Origin: Vulcanimicrobiota bacterium | GTDB taxonomy: Bacteria; Vulcanimicrobiota; Xenobia; Xenobiales; JADMJV01 | Assembly (NCBI GenBank): GCA_050250895.1 | Contig: JBFWNU010000001.1 | Span: 1,288,008-1,352,007 of the forward strand | Length of the DNA stretch: 64,000 nucleotides | Direction: 5' to 3' | Part shown: positions 47,975 to 57,535 of the stretch, one piece after another | Numbering within the stretch: the stretch's first letter is position 1 | Layout: each line of letters starts with the position of its first letter | Notes under the pieces: generated by a model | Databases searched by the model: none | Told to the model about the DNA's origin: nothing | The model's input: the letters and a program-made list of their open reading frames with translations, nothing else | Translations under genes and position numbers: made by a program

Positions 47975-48856
47975 ATGCCCTCGCGCTACCTGGGCTGCTA
48001 CGGCTCGCTGGTTTTAACGCCACCGAAAAGGCCAAAGCCCGGGGCGCCCACCCTGAGCGGAGACATTCGCCAGCTATCGTTTCGCTCGAGGATCCTCGGC
48101 GACGAGTTGGACATCCTGGTCTATCTGCCGCCGGGCTATTCGCCCCAGGATAGCTGGCAGTATCCGATCCTGTACCTGCACGACGGCCAGAACGTCTTTG
48201 ACGAGACCACTGCCGTCTTCGGCGTGGAGTGGGGAGTGGACGAGGCGGCCGAGCGCCTGATTCACGGTCGCCAGATGCGCGGTATCATCATCGTGGCTGT
48301 GGCCAACACTCCCGATCGCATCGCACTCTACACCCCCTTTCCCGACTCCAGGCACGGAGGGGGTGAGGGGCAGCGTTACCTCGACTTCATGATTCACGAG
48401 CTCAAGCCCTGGATCGACAAGCAGTTCTCGACCACCGACCGGGCCGAGCACACGGCCGTGGCCGGATCGTCCCTGGGTGGGTTAAGTGCTCTCTACCTGG
48501 CCTGGTCGCGCCCGGACGTGTTCGGCATGGCCGCCGGTCTATCGCCTTCGCTGTGGTGGGGCGCACGCGGATTTATCACGGCCGTGGCCGGTGACGTGAA
48601 GGACAAGATGCCGGCTCGTATCTGGCTCGACATGGGCACCGAGGAGTCTTCGGCCGACCTCAATCGCAACGGCGTTCCCGATGTCATCGACGACGTTCGA
48701 GCCCTGCGGTCCATCTTGCTGGCTAAAGGCTACATCCTGGGAGAAACGCTGTTCTATCGCGAGGTGGAGGGTGGCACCCACGATGAGGGCGCCTGGGCCA
48801 GTCGCATCGACGAGGTGCTCAAGGCTCTCTTCCCGTTGCGCGATCCGGTAGTCTGA
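47975..48856 (+). CDS. Alpha/beta hydrolase (putative esterase)
   Basis: YLPPGY, YLHDGQN, GSSLGG nucleophile, HDE..W. Confidence 0.88.
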   Translation: MPSRYLGCYGSLVLTPPKRPKPGAPTLSGDIRQLSFRSRILGDELDILVYLPPGYSPQDSWQYPILYLHDGQNVFDETTAVFGVEWGVDEAAERLIHGRQMRGIIIVAVANTPDRIALYTPFPDSRHGGGEGQRYLDFMIHELKPWIDKQFSTTDRAEHTAVAGSSLGGLSALYLAWSRPDVFGMAAGLSPSLWWGARGFITAVAGDVKDKMPARIWLDMGTEESSADLNRNGVPDVIDDVRALRSILLAKGYILGETLFYREVEGGTHDEGAWASRIDEVLKALFPLRDPVV

Positions 48857-49012
48857 GCGGCCGGACGCAGGTTTCGCCCTGGCTTGAGTGAACGCCATTC
48901 GAGGATTTCAGGGCGGACCGTGGCCATCACTGCTTGCATGGAATCACCTCTCGGATTGGTTCGAGGAGCGGGGCGAACGGGCCTTCGTGACGAAGACGAG
49001 GGCACCATCACT

Positions 49013-49810
49013 ATGAAGAAGTTCACTCACGTTCTCTACCATGCCAACTGCGCCGACGGGTTCGGCGCGGCCTATGCGGCCTGGACGGTGCTCGGCGACG
49101 CGGCCGTCTATCTGCCGGTTCGCCATGGCCAGCCGCCCCCCGAACTGCCCGACCACGCCCATCTGGCTATCGTCGACTTCTCTTATCCTCGTGAGCTTTT
49201 ACTCGAACTCAAGACTCGAGCGGCCTCGATGCTGGTACTCGACCACCACAAATCGGCTCAAGACGACCTCGCGGACCTCGATTTCGCCACCTTCGATCTG
49301 GGCAAATCGGGGGCCCGGATGGCCTGGGAATACTGGCACCCGGGCGAGGCCTTGCCGGTGCTGCTCGAGTACATCGAAGACCGCGATTTGTGGCGCTGGC
49401 AACTACCCGAGAGCCGCGAGGTCTCGACCGCCCTTCACTGCTATCCCATGGACTTTCAGGTCTGGCGCAGCCTGGATGTCGAAGAACTCAAAGACGAAGG
49501 CCGCGGCATCCTGCGCTATCAGGATCAGCAGGTGGCCCGGGCCGTCACTCGGGCCCGCATGAGTGAGGTGGGTGGCTACACCGTGCCCACCGTCAATTCG
49601 TGTCTTTTGGCCAGCGAGATCGGCGACGAGTTGTGCAAGCAGTTCCCCGAAGCTCCCTTTGCGGCCGTTTACTATGTCAATAAAGAGGGCCAGCAAGCCT
49701 GGTCGCTGCGCTCGATCGGCGAATTCGACGTTTCGGCCGTGGCCGCCACCTTCGGCGGTGGGGGACACCGTAACGCGGCCGGGTTTGCTTTAGGGCCGGT
49801 CAGGAAATAA
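49013..49810 (+). CDS. DHH/DHHA1 phosphoesterase
   Basis: YHANCADG, VDFSY, LDHHKS, WSLRS, GGGGHRNAAG. Confidence 0.88.
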   Translation: MKKFTHVLYHANCADGFGAAYAAWTVLGDAAVYLPVRHGQPPPELPDHAHLAIVDFSYPRELLLELKTRAASMLVLDHHKSAQDDLADLDFATFDLGKSGARMAWEYWHPGEALPVLLEYIEDRDLWRWQLPESREVSTALHCYPMDFQVWRSLDVEELKDEGRGILRYQDQQVARAVTRARMSEVGGYTVPTVNSCLLASEIGDELCKQFPEAPFAAVYYVNKEGQQAWSLRSIGEFDVSAVAATFGGGGHRNAAGFALGPVRK

Positions 49811-49820
49811 TCCTGGACCC

Positions 49821-52196
49821 TTAGAGCCGTCGTGAGACGGGTATCCAGACGATCCCGAAGTTGACCAACCGCACATCCGACTTGGCCAGCCGCACCTGGC
49901 GCTCTTCGATGCCAGCCAGAGCACGGTTCTCTTTCTCTTCGATGGCTTCGGTCTCGCGTTGGAGCTGGTCGGCCAGTTCCTGCATCTTCTCTTCGAGTTC
50001 AGACAGGTCATCGCCGGCGTGTTCGGCCTTCAGCTTGGCGTTGCTGGCCGTGCGGTGCTTGGAGAGGGCACCAGAAATGGTGCCCCGGCGGCGACGGGTG
50101 AACATTCCCAGCAGCATCTCGCCCACCTGGAAGAGCTGTTCGGTGCGACGTCCCGAGGCGGTGGCTTCCAGTTCGGCCACGCGCTGTTTTTGCCGGTTGA
50201 TGCGCTCTTCCAGGCGCTTGACCTCTTTATCGTAGCGGTCGCGTAGCCTGGCCACCTGGGCGTCGACCCGTTCGTTGATGGCCTGCTGGCAGCGCGCCTC
50301 GAAGTCGGCTCGGCTCTCGCCCTCGCGACCATAGAGCTTGAGCTCGGCGTTGACCCACTGGCCCCGCGAAACGTTGCGATAGATGCTGTTGAGCAGTTCG
50401 TCGCGCGCGGCCTTGAGTTCCTTGTCCTCATCGAGGATGTCCGGTAGCGGTTCGAATACTCCGTCAGGGTGAGGGCTGGTCATCAGGTCGCCGTCTTCCA
50501 AGAGAGCCCTCAGGCTGTCGGCTGGTAGGCCTTTGTCGAGGGGAAAGTAGAGCCGGTGGTGGTGTTCGTCGAGGCTGAAGCCTCCCTGTTTTTGATCGAA
50601 CCGCAGCTGTAACTCGCCGTGGAGGGCGGGCCGATAGAGTAGCTTGCCGTCAGCTCGCCTGGGCTCGGCGAAATCGGCAAAAAGACCTTCGAGGCGAGCC
50701 GAGAAGACGGCGTTGGGAGCGAGGAACAGGTTGGAATAGCCGCTGGGTACGGGGGGCGGATTGCTGCTGCCCGACCTGGATTGGCTCACTTCGGGACTGC
50801 CCGGCGAGGGAAGGTTCTCGACCGGCGGTTGGGCGGTGGCCAGTTTGGCCAACTCGGCTCCAGTCACCGGGCCGCGCAGATAGCTCATAGCCCAGCGCAC
50901 CTGGTAGAGGACTGGCTTTTCCTGGGAGGCTTCCTTCAGCATGAAGACGCGCGGTTTGAGTTGATCAAAATAGCTCTTGAGCGCCTCGCGGTCGAGGCCC
51001 CCGGCGGCCGACATCAAGCCGTCCAGGATACGGTCGCGGTCCTGGGCTGTCTGGAGGCGCCCGATCCACCAGCTACCGGCGTTCGAGATGGCTTTGTAGT
51101 CGACATCGACGGGATTCTGGGTGGCCAGTAACATGCCCAGGCCCACGGCTCGAGACTGTTTCATCAGCGTGAGGATGGGCTTCTTGCTGGCCGGATTGGC
51201 CGGATGGGGCGGCAGATAGCCGCTGACCTCGTCGAAATAGACCAGAGCGCGCAGGCCGCTCGAACCGGCCAGGGAGCGACTCCAGGCCAGCACCCGCTCC
51301 ATGAACAAGCTGACGAAGAATTGCCGCTCCTGCTCATTGAGGTGAGCCAGATAGAACACCGAGACCGGCACTTTGCCGTTGTCGGTGGCCGTGAGCGCTC
51401 CAACATCCAGGGGGCTGCCCTTCATCCAGCTGGCGAAGCTGGGCGAGGCCAGCACTCCATTAAGAGCCATGGCCAACTTCAGGCGGTCATCAGGAGCGAA
51501 AAACGAGTCCAGCGGAAAGACTCCCACCTTCTTGAAAGGCGGGTCGACCAGGCGGGTGATGATGGCTTCCAGGTTGAGATCCTCGCCTTTTTCCCAGCTT
51601 TCGTCCAGAATCTGGACCAGCACGATATGGCGCGGATCCCGCACCGGGTCGGCCTCTACCCCGACCAGACTTAGAAGGCCTGTCACCGTCCCTGCCGCCA
51701 ACTCGGTGCGGGCGCTGGCGTCGGCCAGCACCTCGGCCTCGGGACAGCGGAACGCGCCCAGCAGGTTGACCGGCTGGCCGGCCTCGGAGCCCGGAGTGTA
51801 GACGGTGAGCGCCATCTTGTTCTTGAGTTCGGCCAGCCGCTGGTGGGGGATGCCCCACTCGGTCAACCCGGATCGCCAGCGCTCGGCGGTCGTGGCGGCT
51901 GCTGTGGTGGGATCGGCTCCGGCCCGGTGGGCGGCGTCTTTGTCTACCCAGGGCTCGAACGAGGCCGCATCCAGGCCCGGAAAGACCAGTCCCAGGTTGG
52001 GCAGGTCGCCTTTGGGATCGATTAGCAACAAAGGAACTCCGGCCAGCACCAGCTCTTCGAGAATGGTCACCGAGAGGCCGGTTTTGCCCGATCCTGTCAT
52101 TCCGAAGATGAGCCCGTGGGTGACCAGGTGATCGGGGTCGTAGGTGCACGGTTGCCCGCCATCGAGTTGGCGGCCGAGTTCGAGTTTCTGTGCCAA
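49821..52196 (-). CDS. HerA/FtsK-like (DUF87) P-loop ATPase with C-terminal coiled coil
   Basis: THGLIFGMTGSGKT, IDPKGD, YFDE, LATQNP; TTG start after AGGAGG. Confidence 0.8.
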   Translation of the reverse strand: MAQKLELGRQLDGGQPCTYDPDHLVTHGLIFGMTGSGKTGLSVTILEELVLAGVPLLLIDPKGDLPNLGLVFPGLDAASFEPWVDKDAAHRAGADPTTAAATTAERWRSGLTEWGIPHQRLAELKNKMALTVYTPGSEAGQPVNLLGAFRCPEAEVLADASARTELAAGTVTGLLSLVGVEADPVRDPRHIVLVQILDESWEKGEDLNLEAIITRLVDPPFKKVGVFPLDSFFAPDDRLKLAMALNGVLASPSFASWMKGSPLDVGALTATDNGKVPVSVFYLAHLNEQERQFFVSLFMERVLAWSRSLAGSSGLRALVYFDEVSGYLPPHPANPASKKPILTLMKQSRAVGLGMLLATQNPVDVDYKAISNAGSWWIGRLQTAQDRDRILDGLMSAAGGLDREALKSYFDQLKPRVFMLKEASQEKPVLYQVRWAMSYLRGPVTGAELAKLATAQPPVENLPSPGSPEVSQSRSGSSNPPPVPSGYSNLFLAPNAVFSARLEGLFADFAEPRRADGKLLYRPALHGELQLRFDQKQGGFSLDEHHHRLYFPLDKGLPADSLRALLEDGDLMTSPHPDGVFEPLPDILDEDKELKAARDELLNSIYRNVSRGQWVNAELKLYGREGESRADFEARCQQAINERVDAQVARLRDRYDKEVKRLEERINRQKQRVAELEATASGRRTEQLFQVGEMLLGMFTRRRRGTISGALSKHRTASNAKLKAEHAGDDLSELEEKMQELADQLQRETEAIEEKENRALAGIEERQVRLAKSDVRLVNFGIVWIPVSRRL

Positions 52197-52205
52197 AGGA
52201 GCCTC

Positions 52206-53291
52206 CTATTTCAAGGGTCTGGGACGGTCAGAGATACTTCCTTCTTGCGGGTTTTCCTTGTAGACGTGCACCGGGTTGATCGACACGTTGAGGTCGATCG
52301 GCTGGCCAAGTTTGGATTCGAGCGTGGCCCTGAGCTGGATGATTTCGCTGCGACTGGGTAGTCGCGGCGAGCTGAAAGTGGCGTGAATCGGGGTCCAGTG
52401 GGTGTTGGGCTGATAGGGGCCGCGTCGAAAATCGACTAACTCGGCATCATTTTGCAGCACACCGCTGGCGAAGCTGCGCAGCACCTCGCGGATCTCGCGG
52501 TTGCTACGCGTCTCGCTGACGGTCTGCGAGAGAAAGTGGACCAGGGGGACGGTCAGGAACGCCACCAACAGAGCCGAAACCATCACTTGCCGGCGGAACT
52601 CGGGCTGGGGTTCGCCGCTGCGTTGCTGGCGAAACCCCAGCATCACGAAGATGACAATGGCGGCCAGGTTGATGGCTGCCAGGTTGGCCGCCCACAGCAG
52701 GGCGCTGCCAAAGAAAACGGCGTAGCCCGCCGAGTCCCCCGAAAACGCCACCGACAGGCCGATGCCCGTCACGCAAAGCGGGGGCATCAAGGAGACTGCG
52801 ATGGCCGCCCCGGGCAATACGCCGGCCACCCTTTTGTGGGCCTGACCCAGAGCGCCGCCGGCCCCCGCCGCCATGCCGATGAAGAGGTCGAACAGCGTCG
52901 GTCGGGTGCGACCCAGGATTTCGTTGGTGAGCACCAGTTCGGGCATGACGAAAGTCGAGGCCAGGGCCACCAGCAGGCCCAACAACAAGCCCAGAGCCAG
53001 AGTGCGCAGGCCGCGGCCGAGCAAGCTCAGGTCGCCTCGGACCACTCCCATCGAGACGCCCAGCACCGGGTTCATCAACGGGGCCAGCACCATGGCGCCG
53101 ATGATCACCGGAGCCGAGTTGGTGATGAGGCCCAGGGTGGCCACCACCGCCGAGAGCAAGATGAAGAACAGGAACTCGAAGCTGATGACGGCATTGGCTT
53201 CGATCCCCAACTGGGCTTCGAGCTGTTGCTCCTGGGCCAGGATTAAGGAAGTGCGAAAGTCGTGCAACCTCTGCCGAAAAGCGCTCCACAT
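52206..53291 (-). CDS. DUF389/TIGR00341 membrane protein
   Basis: NSAPVIIGAMVLAPLM, EILGRTRPT, PGAAIAVSLMPPL. Confidence 0.88.
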   Translation of the reverse strand: MWSAFRQRLHDFRTSLILAQEQQLEAQLGIEANAVISFEFLFFILLSAVVATLGLITNSAPVIIGAMVLAPLMNPVLGVSMGVVRGDLSLLGRGLRTLALGLLLGLLVALASTFVMPELVLTNEILGRTRPTLFDLFIGMAAGAGGALGQAHKRVAGVLPGAAIAVSLMPPLCVTGIGLSVAFSGDSAGYAVFFGSALLWAANLAAINLAAIVIFVMLGFRQQRSGEPQPEFRRQVMVSALLVAFLTVPLVHFLSQTVSETRSNREIREVLRSFASGVLQNDAELVDFRRGPYQPNTHWTPIHATFSSPRLPSRSEIIQLRATLESKLGQPIDLNVSINPVHVYKENPQEGSISDRPRPLK

Positions 53292-53393
53292 CGGCGAGGG
53301 TTCCGACCGTGGGCAGGGAGGTTCCTCTTTTTGAGTCGAACAGGAACTAACAGTTTCGCAAGGGGTTGAAATATCCGAAAGGACCCGTGGCTG

Positions 53394-54101
53394 ATGACCC
53401 AACGCTTGACGCTTCTAGCTTCTGTTCTGGCCGTGGTGATTGTCCTGGCTGGGCCCGGGCAAAGTCAAAGCCATGAGTGGAGCCTGCAAGATTCGGGTCA
53501 TCCGAATCCTCGCGACCCTCTTCAAGGGCGTTCGCTCTTTCCGCCCCCGTTTGACCAACTGGTCCCGTTTCTGGGCGGGTTGGGGGGTAGTATCGATCAG
53601 GGTCGTCAGCAAGGTGACGTGGACGCTCTGCTCGAGGCGGCGGTCACTCTCCACCAGGCCGAGCGTTTGCTAGGCCGGACCAGCGGGCTGATTTCGGCTC
53701 GGGATCTGTTGCAAGAAGCTACCCAGATGGCCATCGATCAGCGCAATGTCGAGGGTCTGCGTAAGGCTCGCGGCCTGTGGTCGGATCCGGTGCGCGGTCC
53801 CAACGATCCGGGCCAGGCCCAGGCGGCGGCCGACGAACTCGAGACTCTGGAAAAACAACGCCGGGTGATGTTGGCCGCGCGTCGCTGCCAGATCGTTTTC
53901 CACAACCAAACCGACGACGAGCTGACCATCCGGCTCAATCAGGACTCGCTGGGTGTCATCAAGCCCCGACAGGCTCACGTGGTCAAAGATGTGCTGGCTG
54001 GCAACCAGCATCTCATGGCTTTTGATCGTCGTCTGGCCTGGGGCCCCCGCCGCGTCTTCGTCGGTCCAGGCGAGGTCTTCCACTGGCGCTTGTTCGACTA
54101 G
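53394..54101 (+). CDS. Hypothetical exported protein
   Basis: Signal peptide, helical middle, C-terminal beta domain. Confidence 0.6.
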   Translation: MTQRLTLLASVLAVVIVLAGPGQSQSHEWSLQDSGHPNPRDPLQGRSLFPPPFDQLVPFLGGLGGSIDQGRQQGDVDALLEAAVTLHQAERLLGRTSGLISARDLLQEATQMAIDQRNVEGLRKARGLWSDPVRGPNDPGQAQAAADELETLEKQRRVMLAARRCQIVFHNQTDDELTIRLNQDSLGVIKPRQAHVVKDVLAGNQHLMAFDRRLAWGPRRVFVGPGEVFHWRLFD

Positions 54102-54859
54102 TCAGCGCAGAGCTCTTCATAGAAAGGCAGGATCTCGGCGTAGGCCTCTTCCATCTCGCGCAGGCATTCCGCGAATTTCGCTGCTTCGCCAGCAGCGGCG
54201 GCGATTTCGAGGTTCTTGGCCGCGTGCTGCACGTGCAGTGCTCCTAGCATGCCCGCCGATCCCTTCACGGTGTGGGCTGTGCGCTCGATGGTGTGGGCGT
54301 CGCCCTGCTCGATGCACTCGCGTAATTGGACGAGGTTGGCCGGGGTCTTGTGCAAGAACATTCCCACCACCCGCTGCACCAGAGCTTTCCCTCCCACCGC
54401 TTCGAGCTTGGCCACGGCCTCCTTGTCGAGGGGCTTCTTGGTGCGCGAACGGTGCGGTTGGGGCGAAGTGACCAGCGGCTCGCCGCGCAGCAGCGAAAGC
54501 GCCGATTGGCGAACCTCGGCGGTCGAATAGGGGGCCAGTAGGTGGGCCTTCTCCCGCTCGATTCTGCCGCGCATGCCGTCGGAATCGTGTTCGCTCGCCG
54601 AAATGATCAGAACTGGCAGAGAAAGCCCCAGTTCGCGCAACTTGTAGAGGAGTTGCAAGCCAGAGAGCCCCGGCATGTTGAGGTCGGTGATGAGGAGGTT
54701 CATGTGACGGACGTCGTCAAGCGAACTCATGGCTTCTTCGGCCGAGCCGCAAGTCCGCACGTTGCAGCCGTCTTTCTTGAGCAGCCCGGCCAGCATGGCC
54801 AATTGGGCTGCGTCATCGTTGACGACCATCACTTCAAAAGAAGGTGTTATCGCATCCAT
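54098..54859 (-). CDS. Receiver domain plus Hpt domain protein
   Basis: VVNDD..LITDLNMPGLSG..IISA; AHTVKGSAGMLGA. Confidence 0.85.
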   Translation of the reverse strand: MDAITPSFEVMVVNDDAAQLAMLAGLLKKDGCNVRTCGSAEEAMSSLDDVRHMNLLITDLNMPGLSGLQLLYKLRELGLSLPVLIISASEHDSDGMRGRIEREKAHLLAPYSTAEVRQSALSLLRGEPLVTSPQPHRSRTKKPLDKEAVAKLEAVGGKALVQRVVGMFLHKTPANLVQLRECIEQGDAHTIERTAHTVKGSAGMLGALHVQHAAKNLEIAAAAGEAAKFAECLREMEEAYAEILPFYEELCAD

Positions 54860-54920
54860 CCCCAGAGGGAACTTTCTGAGCCGAACGCCCCTTCCCTCTT
54901 CACTTCCCTATGGCTCGAGG

Positions 54921-55328
54921 CTAGTCGCCCTGCGACTTATGGCTGCGCGTCCTCTTCTTGCGGAGTTTGCGTCGTTTGAGGCGTAGCTCTTCAGACGGGC
55001 GGATGGCCTGGGTTTCTGTGCTCTCACGCATGGCTTCTTCGGGTAACTGTGCCTGGCGATGAATTCGCACCACCGGGACCCGAGCCGACAGAAGCATTTC
55101 ACCGTCCTGCTCGCGCAGTCGTAGTTCGACCTGCTCCTCGCGAAAGACCATGTAACGCTTGAGCACGTCTTCCATATCTTTCTGGACGCACTCCATCAGG
55201 GCCGGAGCCACAGTGCTGCGGTCGCCGACCAGGGCCTGCTTGAGGCGATCCCGAGCGGCGCTGCTGGAATTGTCTTTTGGCCCGAAGAGCCGGTAGAAGA
55301 AGGGGACTCTAAGTAGTAGATTGGTCAT
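54921..55328 (-). CDS. minE: Cell division topological specificity factor MinE
   Basis: SSAARDRLKQALVGDR; follows minD. Confidence 0.85.
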   Translation of the reverse strand: MTNLLLRVPFFYRLFGPKDNSSSAARDRLKQALVGDRSTVAPALMECVQKDMEDVLKRYMVFREEQVELRLREQDGEMLLSARVPVVRIHRQAQLPEEAMRESTETQAIRPSEELRLKRRKLRKKRTRSHKSQGD

Positions 55329-55336
55329 GTGTCCTC

Positions 55337-56155
55337 CTAGCTGGCCTGGCTACCCAGGTTGACCGTCAGCATCCTCCGGACCTTGTTCCAGAAGCCGCCG
55401 TTTTGATACAGCATCGGAGCTTCGGGGTCGAGGATGCGGGCGACTACCGACCGATAGGCCTCGCCTGCGCGCGAGTTGCGGTCGAGAATGGCCGGTTCGC
55501 CCTTGTTCGAGCAGTGCACGATGCGTTCGTCTTCGGGAATCATGCCCAGCAGTTCGATATTCAGAATGTCTTGCACATCGTCCACCGAGAGCATTTGCCC
55601 CCGCTGCACGAGGCCTGGCTTGATGCGGTTGAGAAGCAGTCGGATGGTCTTGAGTTCGGCCGCTTCGAGCAGACCGACGATACGGTCGGCGTCGCGCACG
55701 GCCGAGACTTCGGGGTTGGTCACGACGATGGCCTCGTTGGCGCCAGCGATGGCGTTCTTGAAGCCCATTTCGATGCCGGCGGGACAATCGAGTAGGATGA
55801 AGTCGAAGGCCTTCTCCAGTTCCTTCACCAGCTTCTTCATCTGCTCGGGTTTGACCGAGTCTTTCTCGCGTGATTGGGCCGAGGCCAGCACGAATAGATT
55901 GTCGAAGCGCTTGTCTTTGATGAGTGCCTGACGGAAGCTGCGGCATTTGCCCTCGACGACGTCGACCAGGTCGAACACGATGCGGTTCTCGAGACCGAGC
56001 ACCAGATCGAGGTTACGCAGGCCGATATCGGTGTCGACCAGCACGACCGATTTGCCCTGAGCGGCCAGTCCCGCTCCGATGTTGGCGGTGGCGGTTGTCT
56101 TGCCGACCCCGCCTTTGCCGGAGGTGATAACGATTGCTTTCCCCAATGTGGTCAC
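55337..56155 (-). CDS. minD: Septum site-determining ATPase MinD
   Basis: SGKGGVGKTT, DIGLRNLD, DCPAGIE, AVRDADRI, C-terminal amphipathic helix. Confidence 0.96.
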   Translation of the reverse strand: MTTLGKAIVITSGKGGVGKTTATANIGAGLAAQGKSVVLVDTDIGLRNLDLVLGLENRIVFDLVDVVEGKCRSFRQALIKDKRFDNLFVLASAQSREKDSVKPEQMKKLVKELEKAFDFILLDCPAGIEMGFKNAIAGANEAIVVTNPEVSAVRDADRIVGLLEAAELKTIRLLLNRIKPGLVQRGQMLSVDDVQDILNIELLGMIPEDERIVHCSNKGEPAILDRNSRAGEAYRSVVARILDPEAPMLYQNGGFWNKVRRMLTVNLGSQAS

Positions 56156-56166
56156 TACCTTTCAAG

Positions 56167-56982
56167 TCATCGAATGGAATAGGGTTCCAGCCGGACTTCT
56201 TTACCGACCAGGACCGCTCGAGACGGTCCCTGGTTTTTCGCACGTCGGCCGTTGCTGGTTTCCAAGAAAATATCGTTGATTCTTACCTGAGTGGGTCGGA
56301 AGGAAACGGCCATCACGACCGCTTCGTGGTTGCCGGTGCAACCCGCGTGGACATTGCCCCGCAGGCTGCCGATAATGAGGATGTCCCCTTCCGCTTCGAT
56401 CTCGGCGCCGGGGTTGACGTCGCCCACCAAGACTACATTGCCGGCGAACATGACCTTTTGCCCCGAGCGCAAGTTGCGGCGGAGATAGAGGGTTGGCTCT
56501 TCGTGGAGTTCGCGAGAGGGTTCAGGAGCCTCTTCAACGCTTTCGAACTCGAGCGAAGGCTCGGTCGAAGGTTCGGCTTCCAGCGAGGGCTCTTTGGGTG
56601 GAGCCTCGGGCACAGGAGCGGGCTGGGTGGTGCGATTGCGCAGGGCTCGGCCCTGGTGTTGGGCTAGACCTAGCCGGCCGATGATGGCCTTATAGCCTTT
56701 CGATTCGGCGATACTACGCGTGTTGAGGGACGTGCTCAAGATGCCGTTGAGCACCACTTCGTGTTTAGCCAACAGGGCTTCGAGCGCTTCGAACTGCTCG
56801 ATGGTGGTCTCGCGCCAGCCGAAGTCGAAGGAAACGGAGGCTCCGCGAAGGAACTCACCGTTCGTTTCGAGGTGCTCGGCGAGCGACCTTAAGGCGATGG
56901 CGAACTCGGCCTCTTCGCGAATACTCCCGAGTAGGCCGTGGCGCGTGCCTTTGATAACCACCGGGTCTAAAGTTGTCTGCAT
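56167..56982 (-). CDS. minC: Septum site-determining protein MinC
   Basis: VVIKG, LRSGQ, GDVNPGAEI, LRGNVHAG. Confidence 0.92.
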   Translation of the reverse strand: MQTTLDPVVIKGTRHGLLGSIREEAEFAIALRSLAEHLETNGEFLRGASVSFDFGWRETTIEQFEALEALLAKHEVVLNGILSTSLNTRSIAESKGYKAIIGRLGLAQHQGRALRNRTTQPAPVPEAPPKEPSLEAEPSTEPSLEFESVEEAPEPSRELHEEPTLYLRRNLRSGQKVMFAGNVVLVGDVNPGAEIEAEGDILIIGSLRGNVHAGCTGNHEAVVMAVSFRPTQVRINDIFLETSNGRRAKNQGPSRAVLVGKEVRLEPYSIR

Positions 56983-57023
56983 GGAGAAGCTCCCACAAGC
57001 CGAATTCGGCAATGTAGAAAAAA

Positions 57024-57049
57024 ATTCTAGCTAGCTTGAAAAAAATCCT
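57024..57049 (-). promoter_or_regulatory. Putative sigmaH-like promoter AGGA-N18-GAAT upstream of minCDE
   Basis: Close to the B. subtilis sigmaH consensus; AT-rich context. Confidence 0.5.
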
Positions 57050-57136
57050 TCTCCTCTTTTTGAAAGAATCTTTCTCGAAGATGTGTTCGGCTGCCGGTGT
57101 GGCGGGATTCCGAGGGGCGCTGGGGGTCTGGAACGC

Positions 57137-57161
57137 AAAACGCCCGCCGGTTAGCGGGCGT
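57137..57161 (-). terminator. Intrinsic terminator after the 57185-57487 gene
   Basis: ACGCCCGC/GCGGGCGT stem followed by T run on the minus strand. Confidence 0.6.
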
Positions 57162-57184
57162 CTGACCTTGAGTTTGGCCTGGAC

Positions 57185-57487
57185 TCAGGCGTTGGCCGGA
57201 GTCTCTTCGCCTTCGCGGCCTTTGACGAACAGATAGTCGAGGTTGACATAGTTCACGGCCGCGTCGATGACTTCTTGATTCTCGATCTCAGGGTGGAAGA
57301 TGATGCCAGCGGCGAAGAAGGCCGAGCGGTCGATAAAGACGCCCTTCTCTTTCTGTTGTTCGGCGAACGTCTTCACGTCGTCGTAGAGTCTGCGGATCAC
57401 TTCGCGCTCTTTTTCTGAACATTTTTGGGTAGCTTCGCCCAGGGCGACGGCTGCCTGCATCAATTCTTGCTCTTTGGGGTCCGACAT
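57185..57487 (-). CDS. Hypothetical protein (100 aa)
   Basis: AAGGAGG RBS, own terminator. Confidence 0.7.
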   Translation of the reverse strand: MSDPKEQELMQAAVALGEATQKCSEKEREVIRRLYDDVKTFAEQQKEKGVFIDRSAFFAAGIIFHPEIENQEVIDAAVNYVNLDYLFVKGREGEETPANA

Positions 57488-57535
57488 CGTTTCCTCCTTA
57501 TGCTCCTGGACGCGACGGTTCTTGAAAGGAGCCGA

